64,000 nt of DNA from NCBI GenBank assembly GCA_030324005.1, contig JARDVH010000073.1, positions 81,719,158 through 81,783,157 of the forward strand. Reading direction: 5' to 3'. The position numbers were made by a program, and so were the translations under genes. Below the pieces are notes generated by a model that saw only the letters and a program-made list of their open reading frames with translations, was not told where the DNA came from and searched no databases. Source of the DNA: Negaprion brevirostris. Taxonomy: Eukaryota. The number at the start of each line of letters is the position of its first letter. Position 1 is the first letter of the stretch. Below are positions 60,534 through 64,000 of the stretch, piece by piece.

Positions 60534-63156
60534 TTATCACTAGTTTTTGATGTGAAGAAATTCCACTAGTGCTTATTTGGTAGACTTTACCATTGTTTCT
60601 AACCACAAGCTGCTTTATCTTTTTAAAGAAGGCAAAGCAATTCTGTCAATCACATCGGCAAGAAGTAAACACTGGGTGTTAATTCTGTCTGCCTATGAAC
60701 ATACATTCAAGCACTGACCTGGAACGTACATAGTGAATGCTATGTATGCCATGTCTGCACTTAACTGCCTACCTTTACAAAAAAGTGGTACAGTTGCTCC
60801 AGTACGACAGGAAAGTGTCATGTCATAGCAGAATTTCATGGTGGTTTCACTGCAGTGTTAATGTAAGCCTTACTTGTGACTAGTAACTAAACTTTACTTT
60901 CCTTTTACTTTTTTTTGGTTGTCAGTCTCAATATACTTAGAGGTTAGGCCAATGAGGCAGTGTCTGACAAATGAAACCCTTTGTTACCTGCAAGGATGAA
61001 TTGAGTTGCCAGGATGGCATCATAGTCTAGAGAGCAAGAGTGGCTATCCCTGTACCAGGCAGAGAGCCTTTTCTAATGCAATTACATAGTGCTTATGCAG
61101 GCACCTCGAAGATGAAGATGCTCGCCAGAGGTTATGTGTGACGCCCTGGCATTGATATTGAATTGACAGCCTAGTCAAACACTGTGAATAGTGCTGATTG
61201 CAAGTAAGATTTCCTGCAGCAGACCCCCTGCACCCTTGGGAATAGCCTGGATGGCAATGGGCACGAGTCCAGGCCATCATATTGACCATATTGGTTCATT
61301 AATGGGCACAATGTTTCTGTTCATTGTTGATACTACTCCAAATGGATGGATTTATTTGAGGTGATGTCTCTGACATCACACGCTATCATCGAAGGATTAT
61401 GCCAATGCTTTTTTCACTCACTGAATACCTGAAGTCAGAGTGTCTGACAATGGGACTGTATTCATAAGTGTTGAGTTTCGAACCTTCACCACACTCAGTG
61501 GAATAAAACACATTAGAACTGAGCCTTACCACCTAGCATCCAATGGACTAGCTGAGTGAGCTATTCATACAATTAAGTCTGGCCTAAAGAAGCAGTCAGG
61601 AGGAATTCTGGAGACCAGAATCTCATGTTTTCTTCTTGGCAACCGGACCATTCCACATGCAGCATGGGAAATCCCACCAGCAGAGTTATTAATGAACTGC
61701 CGTCTCAGAATGATACTGAACCTCATGTTTCCAAATTTGCTGGGAAGAGTAGAGGCCAACCAAAGCAGTCAGTAGGCAAGTCAGGATTCATGTCCGTCAA
61801 CATGGTTGTTTATGATAGATGACGCTGTGTATGTGAGGAATTTTGTTTGTGGGTCGATTTGGGCCCCTGGAATTGTTATCTCTAGAACTGGAACCTATCT
61901 TTTCAATTTGACGTAGAAGAAAGGAATGTCCAAAAACATGCAGACCNNNNNNNNNNNNNNNNNNNNNNNNNNNNNNNNNNNNNNNNNNNNNNNNNNNNNN
62001 NNNNNNNNNNNNNNNNNNNNNNNNNNNNNNNNNNNNNNNNNNNNNNAGGAATGTCCAAAAACATGCAGACCATTTGAGAAAAAGAGAAATGCCCCAGCAG
62101 CCAAGTTCACAATCAGGAAGTATATTGTTATGAGGAAACTTTGGTGACTGTTTTGACACTGGTCATCCTGTGGCAGGCACAGCAGACATCTCCATGGAAA
62201 CAGACATAATTGAGCTGCCTGTACCTGAAAAGGCCCATGTAATTGTGGGTTTCAGCTGACAGCAACCCTGTGGAAGTGTCCCAGTCAGAGGAGTTATGCC
62301 ACTCCACAAGGATTCAGAAACCCCCCTGGAAGATTTAATTTATAATTGGCTAAATCTTTAATTATCTAGGACTGTGTAGTTGAGTATTGATATTTGAATA
62401 AAATGACTTAGAGGGGGAGTGATGTGGTGATTGTCTCTTTAAAAATCAATCTGCAGAGTAAGACCTGGGAAACCAATTAGGGTGCAGGGTGGAGGATCAC
62501 CATGGTAACCCTGGGCTTCTGTACTTAGAAACATCTCAGGAGCTAATTGCAGCCACAAGGCTGCAAGCCTCTGTATAGTCTTAACCTGTAAATAAATGAA
62601 CTGTGTTTTCCCTAAATTGGTGAACGAGCATTTTTATAGACAGGCAAAACAATTGGCAATGAAGAAATATTGCTGGTCAGATTCCATCTGCTACATTTAA
62701 CAAATATAACTGGGTTAGCTTTTTGCAAAGTCATAACGTAAAAGCATTTTGGGAGTTGCTAATATTTTAATCATACCACAACATTTGTGCTGGGAGATAC
62801 TGTAAAGTACTTTAGTATTCTATGATAATGCAAAATGCTGTACTGAATTTATCCAGAGAAGCTTTAGAAATACCTACAGAAATAGCTTTAGAGATGTCTT
62901 TTTCTCTCTCTCTATCTGGTTGTATAACCCTTGGGAATTTTATTCCTTGCGTAGAAAAATAAAAATGCAATATTAATTAAGATTGATCTAGTACCCAAAT
63001 AGTTCTGTTGTAGCACTCTTCAAAACTGAGAAAAGGCTGCACCACCAGTGATGCCAATTTTTAGATGAAATGTTTAATTAAGGCCCAATTTGCCCTCACA
63101 AGTGGAGAAAGTTCAAGGAAGAACAGGAGCTTTCTCCCACTGTCCCTGAACCAATA

Positions 63157-63345
63157 GCATGGTGACGTAGTGGTTAGCATTGCCGCCTCACAGCGGCAGA
63201 GACCCAGGTTTGGTTCCCGGCTTGCTTGAGTGTCTGTGTGGAGTTTGCACATTGTGCCTTTGTCTGTGTGGATTTGCTCCGAGTGCTCCAGTTTCCTCCC
63301 ACACTCCAAAGATGCACAGGTTAGGTGGATTAGCCACGGAAGATT
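63157..63345 (+). mobile_element. HE1/V-type SINE, 3'-truncated
   Basis: GTGGTTAGCATTGCCGCCTCACAGCG head and central domain. Confidence 0.9.
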
Positions 63346-64000
63346 TCATTTTGCAGTGATTTATTTTGCTCAGTTTAGTCTTGAATTATTTTTGCAAAGT
63401 ATCCTATTTGATACCTGATTGCCTGGTTCACAACTCTTGTTGTGGGCTTTGGCTACAGATGATAGTATCACAGTCCCAGTTTGGTCTAGGTTAAGCCATC
63501 CTATGCTGCCCACACCTTATCTGTTTCACATTTTTTCTATGTATCACCAGCTGTACCTCTCCATAGCTGCCTTTTCCAACTATCCTGATGGTCAGGATTG
63601 TTGTTCACTGCCAATGGGACTGTACGAGAGATTGCAGGCTGGTTTTCTGCATAGCATTTTCACTCATTTTTTAACGACTTTGGGTTTCAGAGGCTGTGTG
63701 GAGAGCAGGCTGGAGCCCAGACACATTAACAAACAGTGGTAGGATCTGAGAGACAGTCAAATATCATCACTGGATCTGTTTGGGGTCTTTGACTAACTTA
63801 GTGCTTTGCTCAACTGCAAGGCTTAAAGTACCCTGGTCTATGAGGAAGCAATTTCAAACTCAATTTATTAGAATTTGTCAACAACTTTTTAAAATTAAAT
63901 TGTGTGAATACACTTTGCTTTAAAAATCCAACATTGCATTGCAACTTCTCCAAATCCTAATTGCAGGGGACTAATCAAGAATTCCCAAAATGTGAAAGCA

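Larger units (their letters stand above)
52730..62638 (+). mobile_element. old Gypsy (Mag/K02A2.6-like) LTR retrotransposon, internally deleted, host of the ERV
   Basis: Diverged LTR pair ~52730-52945 and 62423-62638; PBS TGGCGACAAGGA (52948, tRNA-Ser-like); PPT AGAGGGGGAG 62410-62419; gag FDSSAENWAQYIECLGYYF; RNase H split by the ERV; integrase VSDNGTVF..HIRTEPYHLASNGLAE ~61440. Confidence 0.88.

Overview
Repeat-dense, gapped eukaryotic genomic DNA, almost certainly elasmobranch (shark): HE1/V-type SINEs, HER1-like CR1 tails and DeuSINEs are present. No intact host gene is recognisable. Main contents: (1) a decayed Gmr1/SCAN-type Gypsy derivative (~1285-6116) in which the region after gag-protease is occupied by an intronless, internally deleted copy of the N-terminal coiled coil of nucleoprotein TPR; (2) Penelope-like element ends carrying minimal hammerhead ribozyme motifs, partly in inverted (hairpin) arrangement; (3) three decayed PIF/Harbinger elements (HARBI1-like nuclease, Myb/SANT partner) plus MITEs; (4) a fairly well preserved endogenous retrovirus (54286-60533, minus strand, TTAT TSD, tRNA-Ser PBS, gag-UGA-pro-pol) inserted in the RNase H of an older Gypsy element and itself hit by a young CR1; (5) many CR1, L2, Rex1 and SINE fragments. 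Family assignments come from motif recognition by eye, not database searches, and boundaries of decayed repeats are approximate.
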